Counted from the first letter of the stretch, positions 19,939 through 28,592 are shown. The stretch is DNA of 45,831 bases from Actinomycetota bacterium (GCA_947478745.1 CANJXE010000002.1:1-45831); one strand, 5' to 3'. The notes: generated by a model from the letters alone, not told the origin. A program made the numbers and translations.

Positions 19939-21474
19939 CTATTCCCACTCGATGGTGCCGGGGGGCTTCGACGAGATGTCGAGCGCCACGCGATTGACGC
20001 CCTGGACCTCGTTGATGATCCGCGTCGAGATGCGCTCGAGCAGGTCGTAGGGTAGGCGCGCCCAATCGGCCGTCATCGCGTCCTCGCTGGTGACGGCGCG
20101 GACGATGATCGGATACTCGTAGGTGCGGGCGTCGCCCATCACGCCGACGCTCTTGATGCACGGCAGCACGGCGAAGCTCTGCCAGACCTGGTTGTACCAG
20201 CCGGCGGCGCGGACCTCCTCCTGCAGCACGAAGTCGGCGCGGCGGAGGATGTCGAGGCGCTCGCGGGTGATGTCGCCGATGATCCGGATGCCGAGTCCCG
20301 GGCCGGGGAACGGCTGGCGCCAGACCATCCGGTCGGGCATGCCGAGCTCGATGCCGACGCGGCGCACCTCGTCCTTGAACAGCAGTCGCAGTGGCTCGCA
20401 CAGCTCGAGGTCCATGTCGTCGGGCAGGCCGCCCACGTTGTGGTGCGACTTGATCTTGGCCGCGGTCTTCGAGCCCGACTCGATGACGTCGGAGTAGAGC
20501 GTGCCCTGGACGAGGAACTTGACGCCGTCGAGCCGGCGCGACTCCTCCTCGAAGATGCGGATGAAGGCCTCGCCGATGATCTTGCGCTTCTGCTCCGGGT
20601 CGGTGACGCCCGCCAGCAGCCCGAGGAAGCGGTCCTGGGCCTGCACGTGCACGAGTGGGACCTTGTAGTGGTTCCCGAAGGTCTCCACCACCTGCTCGGC
20701 CTCGCCCTCGCGGAGCATCCCGTGGTCCACGAAGACGCAGGTCAGCTGGTCGCCGACGGCCTTGTGCACGAGGAGCGCGGCGACGGCGGAGTCGACGCCG
20801 CCGGACAGTGCGCAGAGGACCTTCTGGTCGCCGACCTGGGCGCGGATGCGGGCCACCTGCTCGTCGATCACGTGCTGCGGGGTCCAGGTGCCGTCCTGCC
20901 CGCAGACCTCGTAGGCGAAGCGCTCCAGCATCTCGGTGCCCATCGGCGTGTGCATCACCTCGGGGTGGAACTGCACGGCGTGCAGACGGCGCTCGACGTG
21001 CTCCATGGCGGCCGTGGGGGCACCGGCGGTGCTGGCCGTGGCGCGGAATCCGTCGGGCAGGCGCGTGACGGAGTCGTTGTGGCTCATCCAGCAGGTGTGC
21101 GTGGCGGGCACGCCGTGGAACAGCACCGCGTCGGACTGGATCTCGATCTCGGTCTTGCCGAACTCGCCGGTGCCCGTGCGCCCGACCTCGCCGCCCAGCG
21201 CCTGCGCCATCGACTGCATGCCGTAGCAGATGCCGAGCACGGGGATCCCGAGGTCGAACAGCCCGGCATCGAGCGCCGGTGCGCCCGGCTCGTTGACGGA
21301 GGCCGGACCGCCGGACAGCACGATGCCGACCGGGTCGCGCCGCCGGATCTCCTCCACGGAGATGTCGTGCGGCACGAGCTCGGACAGCACCCGGCACTCG
21401 CGGATGCGGCGGGCGATCAGCTGGGCGTACTGCGCCCCGAAGTCGAGGACGAGGATCGGTCGGTCGGCACTCAA
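19939..21474 (-). CDS. guaA: GMP synthase (glutamine-hydrolysing)
   Basis: It has a GATase domain ([27 protein letters not shown]), an ATP-PPase loop (SGGVDSAV) and the C-terminal end KPPGTIEWE. 511 aa. Confidence 0.97.
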   Translation of the reverse strand: MSADRPILVLDFGAQYAQLIARRIRECRVLSELVPHDISVEEIRRRDPVGIVLSGGPASVNEPGAPALDAGLFDLGIPVLGICYGMQSMAQALGGEVGRTGTGEFGKTEIEIQSDAVLFHGVPATHTCWMSHNDSVTRLPDGFRATASTAGAPTAAMEHVERRLHAVQFHPEVMHTPMGTEMLERFAYEVCGQDGTWTPQHVIDEQVARIRAQVGDQKVLCALSGGVDSAVAALLVHKAVGDQLTCVFVDHGMLREGEAEQVVETFGNHYKVPLVHVQAQDRFLGLLAGVTDPEQKRKIIGEAFIRIFEEESRRLDGVKFLVQGTLYSDVIESGSKTAAKIKSHHNVGGLPDDMDLELCEPLRLLFKDEVRRVGIELGMPDRMVWRQPFPGPGLGIRIIGDITRERLDILRRADFVLQEEVRAAGWYNQVWQSFAVLPCIKSVGVMGDARTYEYPIIVRAVTSEDAMTADWARLPYDLLERISTRIINEVQGVNRVALDISSKPPGTIEWE

Positions 21475-21478
21475 CGGG

Positions 21479-22720
21479 CTAGCGCGACATTCCGATGCCC
21501 TGCTCGCGCTGCAGCTTCTTGCCCTCGGTCTGCAGTGCGGGCGCGACCATGATCTCGGCCTTCTGGAACTCGTGGATCGTCTCGTAGCCGGTGGTTGCCA
21601 TCGACGTGCGGAGGGCGCCCATCAGGTTGAGCGTGCCGTCGTTCTCGTTGGCAGGTCCGAGCAGGACCTCCTTGAGCGTCGCCACCTGCGTCGTCTGCAC
21701 CCGCGCACCGCGCGGCAGCGTCGGGTGGAACGTGGCCATGCCCCAGTGGGTGCCCTTGCCGGGCGCCTCGTGGGCGCGGGCCAGCGGCGAACCGATCATC
21801 ACGGCATCGGCGCCACAGGCGATCGCCTTGGAGATGTCGCCGCCCGTGCGCATGCCGCCATCGGCGATCACGTTGCAGTACTGGCCGGTCTCGAGCACGT
21901 GCTGGACGCGGGCCGCCGCGGCATCGGCGATCGCCGTCGCCTGCGGGACGCCGACGCCGAGGACGCCGCGCGTCGTGCACGCCGCGCCCGGTCCGACACC
22001 GACGAGGACGCCGGCCGCGCCGGTGCGCATCAGGTGCAATGCGGTCTGGTAGCTGGCACAGCCGCCGACGACGCACGGGATCCCGACGTTGGCGATGAAC
22101 TCCTTGAGGTTGAGCGCCTCGACGCTGCGCGAGACGTGCTCGGCGGAGACGACGGTGCCCTGGATCACGAGGACGTCGAGGCCGGCGGCGACGATCGCCT
22201 CCCAGTGGTCGCGGACGCGCTGCGGGGTGAGCGACGCGGCGGTGATGACGCCAGCGGCCTTGATCTCGCGGACGCGCTGGGCCATCAGGTCGATGTCGAG
22301 CGGCGCCTCGTAGATCTCCTGCATGCGGCGCGTGGCGCGCTCGGGCGGCAGCGCGGCGATCTCCTCGAGGATGCCGTCGGCGTCGGCGTAGCGACCCCAC
22401 AGGCCCTCGAGGTTGAGAACGCCGACCCCGCCGAGCTTGCCGATCTCGATGGCGGTCGCCGGGGACACGACGCCGTCCATGGCGGAGGCCAGCAGCGGCA
22501 GTTCGATCAGGTACGGGCCCAGCTTCCAGCCGATGTCGACGTCCTCGGCATCTCGCGTGCGCCGCGAGGGCACGATTGCGATGTCGTCAAAGCCATAGGC
22601 GCGTCGCGCCTTCTTGCCACGTCCGATTTCGATCTCCACCGCGTTGTCCGTGTCCTTTCGGCGCCGGCGTCCCCGCAAGCGGGCACGTCTGCGCGGTCTG
22701 TCGATGCCTGTCTCGGACAC
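21479..22720 (-). CDS. IMP dehydrogenase-related protein without a CBS pair (GuaB3-type)
   Basis: The TIM-barrel IMPDH/GMPR family is indicated by [21 protein letters not shown], and [24 protein letters not shown]. No CBS-domain insertion is visible. The ORF begins with GTG at 22720. An alternative GTG at 22639 (VEIEIGRG...) would give the N-terminus typical of GuaB3-like proteins. Confidence 0.8.
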   Translation of the reverse strand: MSETGIDRPRRRARLRGRRRRKDTDNAVEIEIGRGKKARRAYGFDDIAIVPSRRTRDAEDVDIGWKLGPYLIELPLLASAMDGVVSPATAIEIGKLGGVGVLNLEGLWGRYADADGILEEIAALPPERATRRMQEIYEAPLDIDLMAQRVREIKAAGVITAASLTPQRVRDHWEAIVAAGLDVLVIQGTVVSAEHVSRSVEALNLKEFIANVGIPCVVGGCASYQTALHLMRTGAAGVLVGVGPGAACTTRGVLGVGVPQATAIADAAAARVQHVLETGQYCNVIADGGMRTGGDISKAIACGADAVMIGSPLARAHEAPGKGTHWGMATFHPTLPRGARVQTTQVATLKEVLLGPANENDGTLNLMGALRTSMATTGYETIHEFQKAEIMVAPALQTEGKKLQREQGIGMSR

Positions 22721-22763
22721 TAGTCGCGCCTTCGGACGGAGGCGCGATCTGCGTGCCTGCGAC

Positions 22764-23711
22764 TCAGCGCAGATTGAGCTCGTGAAACTCGGTCAGCGCG
22801 AACTGGCGCTTGGCCTCACGGGGGTCGAAGGCGCCGGCGCCGGGCACGAGCGTGCTGGCGGTGCCGCAGGCCACCGCGTGGCGGAGGGCATCCTCCGGCG
22901 TACCGTCCCGGCGGCGCGCGGCGAGGTAGCCGGCCAGCAGGGCATCGCCCGCGCCGACCGTGCTGATGGCCTCGACGCGAGGCACCGTCACGCGGATGCG
23001 GCGCTCGTGGCCGTTCTCGCGCAGCAGCATCGCGGCACCCGTCTCGTTGGTGATCAGGACGTTGCGGGCACCCATGTCGGCGATCTCGTCGAGCGCGTCG
23101 ATCAGGTCGCTCTCGCCTGCGAACTCGTGGCCGACGAGCTCCTCGGCCTCGAGCTGGTTGGGAGCGACGAGGTGCGGCTCGGCGGCGACGGCCTGCCGCA
23201 GCGGCTCGCCCTCGGAGTCCAGGATGATCTGGGCGCCCGTGCGGCGCAGGCGCTTGATGGCGTCGGCGTACCAGTCCTCGGGCACGTCGCGCGGAAGCGA
23301 GCCGGCGAGGACGACGACGGGCGCATCGCGGGCGACGTATTCCAGCCGGTCCAGCAGCGCGTCGAGCTCGCGTGCGGTCACGCTCGGACCGTTCTCGATG
23401 ATCTCGGTCTGGCGGCCGCTGGTGGGATCGATCAGCACGGTCGAGCTGCGCGACTCGCCGTCGATCTGGACGAAGTCATTGAGGATGCCCTCGGCGTCGA
23501 GCTCGCGTTGGATCCGCGCGCCCGTCTCGCCGCCGGCCAGCCCCGTCGCGATCACGGGCTGGTGCAGCAGCAGCAGCGCGCGCGCCACGTTGATGCCCTT
23601 GCCGCCGGGGGCGACGAAGCCGCGGGCACCGCGGTGACGCATGCCGATCTGCATGCTCGGGACCTCGATGGTCTTGTCGAGCGCGGCGTTGGGGGTCACG
23701 GTGATGATCAT
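22764..23711 (-). CDS. PfkB-family carbohydrate kinase of the 1-phosphofructokinase / tagatose-6-phosphate kinase type
   Basis: N-terminus MIITVTPNAALDKT, GGKGINVA, and the C-terminal TVGAGDALLAGY (the PfkB DTxGAGD-like motif). 315 aa. Confidence 0.85.
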   Translation of the reverse strand: MIITVTPNAALDKTIEVPSMQIGMRHRGARGFVAPGGKGINVARALLLLHQPVIATGLAGGETGARIQRELDAEGILNDFVQIDGESRSSTVLIDPTSGRQTEIIENGPSVTARELDALLDRLEYVARDAPVVVLAGSLPRDVPEDWYADAIKRLRRTGAQIILDSEGEPLRQAVAAEPHLVAPNQLEAEELVGHEFAGESDLIDALDEIADMGARNVLITNETGAAMLLRENGHERRIRVTVPRVEAISTVGAGDALLAGYLAARRRDGTPEDALRHAVACGTASTLVPGAGAFDPREAKRQFALTEFHELNLR

Positions 23712-23747
23712 GCGCTGCTGACTCTAGACGGTCGGGAGTGGATCCGA

Positions 23748-23838
23748 CAAAGGGGTCAGACCCGTTCGTCGCACGACCGCACGTGCGCACCGGGCGTTGC
23801 CGACCGCTGGGCGGTCGTGGGGCAAGGGGTCGGACCCC
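23748..23838. repeat. Nested palindromic intergenic element: two copies of CAA(A)GGGGTC-N-GACCC flanking a 9-bp inverted repeat
   Basis: Copy 1 is CAAAGGGGTCAGACCC (23748-23763). Copy 2 is CAAGGGGTCGGACCCC (23823-23838). Each core, GGGTC-N-GACCC, is itself a palindrome. Between them, CACGACCGC (23772-23780) and GCGGTCGTG (23811-23819) are perfect reverse complements. The 30-nt spacer between those contains the palindrome GTGCGCAC (23783-23790). Confidence 0.5.
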
Positions 23839-23869
23839 GCTGTCGCCACGACGCAGCGGCCAACCGCTC

Positions 23870-24760
23870 CTAGCGGATCGCGTCGATCTGACGCGTGTGC
23901 TGGCGCGCCGCCTCTGCGACCGCGGTCATCCAGTCGCCGTCGTCCTCGCGCCACGCCTCGATCACGCTGCGCGCCGCCACGACGAGGCCGCCGGCGGGGT
24001 GCTGCTCGAAGGCCGGCGCCAGATCCGCGATGCGGCCGCCCTGCGCGCCGACGCCGGGGAGCAGCAGCGGTGACTGGGGCATCAGATCGCGGGCGGTCCG
24101 CACGACGGCGGGCGCGGTTGCGCCGATCACCGCGCCGACGCTGGACAGTCCGCTGGTCCCGGTCCGCCCCGCGCTCCAGCCATCGATCCAGCCGGCCACG
24201 CGCTCCCAGACCTCGCCACCGGCGGCCAGCTCCTGCTCCTCCAGCTCGCGGGCGCCCGGGTTCGAGGTGCGGGCGAGGATGAACAGCCCGGCGCCGTGAC
24301 GGTCCGCCACCTCGAGGAAGGGCTCGACCGTGTCGGGGCCCATGTAGGCGTTGATCGTGACGGCATCGGCGAGCGGCTCGTGTTCACCGGGCCGGATGCC
24401 GATCCAAGCCTCGGCGTAGGCGGCGGCGGTCGAGGCGATATCGCCGCGCTTGGCGTCGGCGATGATCAGCAGGCCGTGCTCGCGGGCGGTCGCACAGACG
24501 GCGTCGAGCGCCGTCAGCCCGTAGCCGCCGTAGAGCTCGAACAGCGCGACCTGCGGCTTGATCGCGCAGCAGTGGGGCGCGACGGCCTCGATCAATCCCT
24601 GGCAGTAGCGCTCCACCGCGCGAGCGCGGCCCGAGCGCGTATCCGAGAGCCCGCGCAGCACGGCGTCGGGGAACGGGCCGCGGGGATCGATGCCCACGCA
24701 GAGCGCGCTACCGGTTGCGGCAACCTTGGCCGCCAGGCGATCTCCGAAGGGGACGGTCAT
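23870..24760 (-). CDS. pyrF: Orotidine 5'-phosphate decarboxylase (long, type 2 form)
   Basis: FGDRLAAKVAATGSALCVGIDP at the N-terminus, IADAKRGDIASTA, and LLPGVGAQGG are characteristic of the actinobacterial-type PyrF. 296 aa. Confidence 0.9.
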   Translation of the reverse strand: MTVPFGDRLAAKVAATGSALCVGIDPRGPFPDAVLRGLSDTRSGRARAVERYCQGLIEAVAPHCCAIKPQVALFELYGGYGLTALDAVCATAREHGLLIIADAKRGDIASTAAAYAEAWIGIRPGEHEPLADAVTINAYMGPDTVEPFLEVADRHGAGLFILARTSNPGARELEEQELAAGGEVWERVAGWIDGWSAGRTGTSGLSSVGAVIGATAPAVVRTARDLMPQSPLLLPGVGAQGGRIADLAPAFEQHPAGGLVVAARSVIEAWREDDGDWMTAVAEAARQHTRQIDAIR

Positions 24761-24808
24761 CGAGAGGGGACGGTACTAGGCGCGTCGGCGTGCCCCGCAA
24801 CGCAGAAC

Positions 24809-24840
24809 GGCCGCCCCATCCCCGGAGGGACGGAGCGGCC
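24809..24840 (-). terminator. Stem-loop downstream of the HU gene (probable intrinsic terminator, no strong U tract)
   Basis: The minus-strand RNA is GGCCGCUCCGUCCC-UCCG-GGGAUGGGGCGGCC, a 14-bp stem including two G:U pairs. On the plus strand those two positions become C:A mismatches, so the structure favours the HU transcript. It begins 39 nt after the HU stop. Confidence 0.5.
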
Positions 24841-24878
24841 GCGGTACCGCAGAGCCACGGAGTCCGTGGCGGAGCGGC

Positions 24879-25154
24879 TCAGCCCTTGACAGCGGCCTTG
24901 AGCTGCGAGCCGGCCGAGAACTTCGGCACGGTGGTCGCGGCGATCTGCACCTTCTCGCCGGTGCGGGGGTTCACGCCGGTGCGGGCGGCGCGCGCCTGCA
25001 CGGTGAACTTGCCGAAGCCGGTGAACGTCACGTCGCCGCCACGCTTCAGCGTGTCGGTGATCGTGCTCAGCATCGCCTCGACCGCGTCGCCAGCATCCTT
25101 CTTGCTCTGGCCGGTCTTGCGTGCAATTTCATCGATGAACTCTGCCTTGGTCAC
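24879..25154 (-). CDS. hup: HU-family nucleoid-associated DNA-binding protein (91 aa, no C-terminal tail)
   Basis: VTKAEFIDEIARKTGQSKKDAGDAVEAMLSTITDTLKRGGDVTFTGFGKFTVQARAARTGVNPRTGEKVQIAATTVPKFSAGSQLK is canonical HU. GTG at 25154 is preceded by GGAGGA with a 4-nt spacer. Confidence 0.92.
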   Translation of the reverse strand: MTKAEFIDEIARKTGQSKKDAGDAVEAMLSTITDTLKRGGDVTFTGFGKFTVQARAARTGVNPRTGEKVQIAATTVPKFSAGSQLKAAVKG

Positions 25155-25208
25155 TGATTCCTCCAGGACGGTTGTGAACGGCCCGAAGGTACCAGCCCGA
25201 TCGGACGG

Positions 25209-25293
25209 ACTTTCGCTCAACGATGCGGGTTTGCCAAGATCGACCCGTGGAAGTAAGCCAAATCGCCTCAAATTTGGCTCAACCGAGCCAAAT
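25209..25293 (-). promoter_or_regulatory. HU upstream region: candidate promoter plus three AGCCAAAT/ATTTGGCT repeats able to form mutually exclusive hairpins
   Basis: On the minus strand, TTGGCA (25237-25232), a 17-nt spacer and GAAAGT (25214-25209) form a possible -35/-10 pair. Upstream, AGCCAAAT occurs at 25256-25263 and 25286-25293, with the inverted copy ATTTGGCT at 25272-25279. This stretch is locally the least GC-rich in this part of the window. Confidence 0.35.
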
Positions 25294-25306
25294 CGAACGA
25301 ACGGGG

Positions 25307-25834
25307 CTAGCGTCCGAGCCGAAGCGCCTCGGCGTCGAGCAGGTGCTCGAGGTGCACGCCGGCGGCGGTCATGGCCTCTGCCCCGCCCTCGCCGCGATCG
25401 ACGACGCAGATGACCGTGTCGCAGATCAGCCCGGCCTGGCGCAGGCTGCGGACGGCGTCGAGCGCGGCACCGCCGCTGGTCACAATGTCCTCGACCACGA
25501 CCACGCGCTCGCCCTCCTCGAAGATCCCCTCGAGCCGGTTGGACGTGCCGTAGTCCTTGGCCGCGCTGCGCACGATCAGGAACGGCTTGCCCGACGCCAT
25601 GCTGGACGAGGCGGCAAGTGCCACGGCTCCCAGCTCGGGGCCGGCGATGCGCACGGCGTCCGGCTCGACCTCGGCGATGCGAGCGGCCAGCAGCTCGCCG
25701 ATCTCGCGCAGCAGGTCGGGCTGCGTCTCAAAGCGGTACTTGTCGAGGTAGAACGAGCTGCGTCGCCCCGAGCGGAGGACGAAGTCGCCCTCGAGGTAGG
25801 CGACGGCGCGAATGCGGTCGGCGAGATCGTGCAT
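25307..25834 (-). CDS. pyrE: Orotate phosphoribosyltransferase
   Basis: GDFVLRSGRRSSFYLDKY and the PRPP loop VVVVEDIVTSGGA. 175 aa. ATG at 25834 is preceded by GGGAG and overlaps the preceding stop (TGATG). Confidence 0.92.
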   Translation of the reverse strand: MHDLADRIRAVAYLEGDFVLRSGRRSSFYLDKYRFETQPDLLREIGELLAARIAEVEPDAVRIAGPELGAVALAASSSMASGKPFLIVRSAAKDYGTSNRLEGIFEEGERVVVVEDIVTSGGAALDAVRSLRQAGLICDTVICVVDRGEGGAEAMTAAGVHLEHLLDAEALRLGR

Positions 25835-26031
25835 CAGTGTGCTCCCATGGCGGCGCGGGCTGCGCGCATCAGGCCGTCGATCTCGGGTGCATCGTCGCCC
25901 AGCGAGAGCATCGATCCGTCGGCAAAGTAGAGGTCGGCGCGCACGGCCGCGGCGTTGCTGCGGCGGCGCAGGAGGACGATCGCGCCCGCGGCGGCGGTCG
26001 CGGTTACCAGGAGGCCGAGCGCGCGACGCAT
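25834..26031 (-). CDS. Hypothetical 65-aa protein with one N-terminal TM helix
   Basis: MRRALGLLVTATAAAGAIVLLRRR is followed by a soluble segment of about 40 aa (ADLYFADGSMLSLGDDAPEIDGLMRAARAAM). The ATG at 26031 shares one base with the upstream stop, and its own stop shares one base with the pyrE ATG. GC3 is high. No family is recognised. Confidence 0.5.
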   Translation of the reverse strand: MRRALGLLVTATAAAGAIVLLRRRSNAAAVRADLYFADGSMLSLGDDAPEIDGLMRAARAAMGAH

Positions 26032-26360
26032 CAGGCGGCTCCGGCAACGGCGCGCAGTGCGGCGCGCAGGTCGTAGAAGACGAGTCCGGCAGTGGCATCG
26101 GGATCCGCCACGGCGACGGCGGCGCAGCCCTGCTCGCGGACGGCGAAGACGAGCGCCTCCGGGAGCCCGACCTCGCACTGCTGGACAGGCGGTCGGCCGA
26201 GCAGCCGGGCGGCATCGTCGGCGGCGGTCAGGACCGCCAGCGCGTCGGGCCCCAGCCCGCCGATCTCGGCCAGCACGGCGCCCTCGGCGTCGAACAGCGC
26301 GATGCTGCGCAGCCGGTCGGAGACCTCGAGCAGCTCCGCCAGCGCGGCGTCGGGTGTCAT
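26031..26360 (-). CDS. Roadblock/LC7 (MglB-like) domain protein
   Basis: The 109-aa sequence includes AALAELLEVSDRLRSIALFDAEGAVLAEIGG, then QQCEVGLPEALVFAVREQGCAAVAVADPDATAGLVFYDLRAAL. It follows the Roadblock/LC7 pattern, as in actinobacterial CvnB proteins (...Q.VVE...G.L.L......LAVLA....D.GLV.YE...L). ATG at 26360 is preceded by GGAGGG and overlaps the upstream stop (ATGA). Confidence 0.65.
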   Translation of the reverse strand: MTPDAALAELLEVSDRLRSIALFDAEGAVLAEIGGLGPDALAVLTAADDAARLLGRPPVQQCEVGLPEALVFAVREQGCAAVAVADPDATAGLVFYDLRAALRAVAGAA

Positions 26361-27325
26361 CGATCCCTCCATGGCGCTGACGGTAGCACGGGGTCGATCG
26401 CCACCTGCGTCGGCTCGTCATCGACCTGCGTGGCCTCGTCCTCTGAGAATCGCGTTGCCTCCTCGTCGAAGACCTGCGTGCGCGTGTCGTCGAGCTGCCG
26501 CGTGCGGTCCTCGGAGCCGACGGGCGGGAGCTCCCCGACGCGGATCCGGACGCTGACCACGAGGTCGGGCAGCGCTCCGCGGATCGCTCGCTCGAGCGCC
26601 TCGCGGACCTCCAGCATCTGCTCGGCGGAGCAGCGCTGGCGGACGAGGACCTCCAGCGACAGGTACTCGGCGCCGCCGGTCGCGCGCACGACGACGCGGC
26701 GGTGCCCGATCACCTCCGGGGGGCCGGTGGCCACCGCGGCGTCGACGGCGGCGATCTCGTCCTCGGTCGGCAGACGCCGCAGGCCTGCGCCACCGGGCCG
26801 GGCCATCGCGACGCCCTCCAGGGCGGCGATCAGCGCGAAGGCGACGGCGATCACGGCCGCCGTCGCCGGAAGGACGTAGCCCGCCACGAGCATCGCCAGG
26901 CCGAGGGCGGCGGTGACGGCCGCCCCACGGGTCAGCGCGGTGCGCTCCGAGCGGAGGATCGGCACCTCGAGGGCGACGCGGCTGAGGGCGGCAACGGGTG
27001 CCAGGAGGATCAGCGCGGCGACTCCCGCGCCCGCGGCGACCCACTGCCAGTGCACGATCAGGTCGAAGCCGGCCGCGATGGCACCGATCATCGCGACGGT
27101 CGCGAGCACCAGCGCCGTGGCGGCGGCGGCGATCCGTCCCAGCGCCCGGTGGCGCGCAGTGCGACCGCCGAACGGCGGGTCGGCGATCTGCGCGAGCAGG
27201 ATCGTCGCGAGCAGAACGGCGGCGGCGAGCGCGGCAGCGGACCCCGTCAGCAGGGAGAGCGCCAGCAGCAGCAGGCCGCTCAGGCCGTACGCCACCGGCA
27301 GGCCGAGGGTTGCGACGCGGTTCAC
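26357..27325 (-). CDS. CDF (cation diffusion facilitator)-like membrane protein with no obvious transport-site residues and an acidic repeat tail
   Basis: There are about six TM helices. They are followed by LPTEDEIAAVDAAVATGPPEVIGHRRVVVRATGGAEYLSLEVLVRQRCSAEQMLEVREALERAIRGALPDLVVSVRIRV, which aligns by eye with the CDF cytoplasmic dimerisation domain (compare E. coli YiiP, LPDEERQEI...AHDLRTRQSG...IQIHLEM...). The tail contains three (D/E)(D/E)xxTQV repeats. The GTG at 27325 overlaps the rdgB stop (GTGA). Confidence 0.6.
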   Translation of the reverse strand: MNRVATLGLPVAYGLSGLLLLALSLLTGSAAALAAAVLLATILLAQIADPPFGGRTARHRALGRIAAAATALVLATVAMIGAIAAGFDLIVHWQWVAAGAGVAALILLAPVAALSRVALEVPILRSERTALTRGAAVTAALGLAMLVAGYVLPATAAVIAVAFALIAALEGVAMARPGGAGLRRLPTEDEIAAVDAAVATGPPEVIGHRRVVVRATGGAEYLSLEVLVRQRCSAEQMLEVREALERAIRGALPDLVVSVRIRVGELPPVGSEDRTRQLDDTRTQVFDEEATRFSEDEATQVDDEPTQVAIDPVLPSAPWRDR

Positions 27326-27891
27326 AGGCCGAGCGTATCGCGCAGGGCGCGCGCAGCGGCTCCGCGATGGGAGATCGCGTTCTTCTCGTCAGCCGATAGC
27401 TCACCGCAGGTGCGGGTCAGTCCGGCCGGGATCAGGATCGGGTCGTAGCCGAAGCCGTTGGCGCCGCGTGGTGCGACCGCGAGACGCCCCTCCAGCGTGC
27501 CGTCTGCGCTGTGCTCCCGGCCGTCGGGACCGATCGCGACGAGCACGCAGCGAAAGCGCGCCGAGCGATCCTCCGCGTCGGCGACCGCCGCCAGCAGCGC
27601 AGCAGTGCGGCCGGCATCGTCCAGGCCGTCACCGCCGAAGCGGGCGCTGAGGACGCCCGGGGCGCCGTTGAGCGCATCGACCTCGATACCGGAGTCGTCG
27701 GCGACAACCCATTCCCCGGGACTCTGCGCAGCGCCGGCGAGCGCCTTGATCCGCGCGTTGTCGTGGAAGCTGGACCCGTCCTCGATGGGCGGGTCCCAGC
27801 CCTCGATCGGCAGCACCGGGCACCCGAGCAGGCGCGCGAGCTCCGCGGCCTTGCCGGCGTTGCCCGTGGCGAGGAGAATGCGCTCGATCAC
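27322..27891 (-). CDS. rdgB: Non-canonical purine NTP pyrophosphatase (RdgB/HAM1 family)
   Basis: [37 protein letters not shown] and KNAISHRG are present. The GTG at 27891 overlaps the rph stop (GTGA). 189 aa. Confidence 0.9.
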   Translation of the reverse strand: MIERILLATGNAGKAAELARLLGCPVLPIEGWDPPIEDGSSFHDNARIKALAGAAQSPGEWVVADDSGIEVDALNGAPGVLSARFGGDGLDDAGRTAALLAAVADAEDRSARFRCVLVAIGPDGREHSADGTLEGRLAVAPRGANGFGYDPILIPAGLTRTCGELSADEKNAISHRGAAARALRDTLGL

Positions 27892-28592
27892 GCGGCGTCG
27901 ATGGCGGCCTGCTGCGCGGCGCGCAGGGCGGTCATGCCGAGGCCGGCGAGATCGAGCAGGCTGTTCAGATCGGCGCGCGGGAACGGCGTCCCTTCCGCAG
28001 TGCCCTGCACCTCGACGAGGCCATCGGAACCGGTCATCACGACGTTCATGTCGACGTCGGCACGCGAGTCCTCGACGTACGGCAGGTCGAGCACCGGCTG
28101 GCCGTCGACGATGCCGACGCTGATCGCGGCGATCGAATCGCGCAGCGCGGCGGTCCGTCCAATCCGGGCCAGAGCGATGTGCGCGGCGACGTAGGCGCCG
28201 GTGATCGAGGCGCAGCGGGTGCCGCCGTCGGCCTCCAGCACGTCGCAGTCGACCCAGAGGGTGTTCTCGCCGAGCTGGCCGAGGTCGACCACCGCGCGCA
28301 GCGAGCGGCCGATCAGGCGCTGGATCTCGACGGTGCGCCCGTCGAGCTTGCCCTTGGTGGCGTCGCGCTGCTTGCGCTGGCCGGTGGAGGCCGGCAGCAT
28401 GCCGTACTCGGCGGTCAGCCAGCCGCGACCCTGGCCGCGCATCCACGGGGGCACGCTCTCCTCGATGATCGCGGTGCAGAGCACTCGCGTCTGTCCCACC
28501 TCGATCAGCGCGGACGGCGCCGACTGGAGGAAGCCGGGCGTGATCACGACCGGGCGGAGCTCGTCGTGTGCACGGCCGTCGGCGCGGGTCAC
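27888..28592 (-). CDS. rph: Ribonuclease PH
   Basis: [19 protein letters not shown]..., [14 protein letters not shown], and [12 protein letters not shown] are present. GTG at 28592 is preceded by GGAGG with a 7-nt spacer and overlaps the aspS stop (GTGA). Confidence 0.93.
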   Translation of the reverse strand: MTRADGRAHDELRPVVITPGFLQSAPSALIEVGQTRVLCTAIIEESVPPWMRGQGRGWLTAEYGMLPASTGQRKQRDATKGKLDGRTVEIQRLIGRSLRAVVDLGQLGENTLWVDCDVLEADGGTRCASITGAYVAAHIALARIGRTAALRDSIAAISVGIVDGQPVLDLPYVEDSRADVDMNVVMTGSDGLVEVQGTAEGTPFPRADLNSLLDLAGLGMTALRAAQQAAIDAA

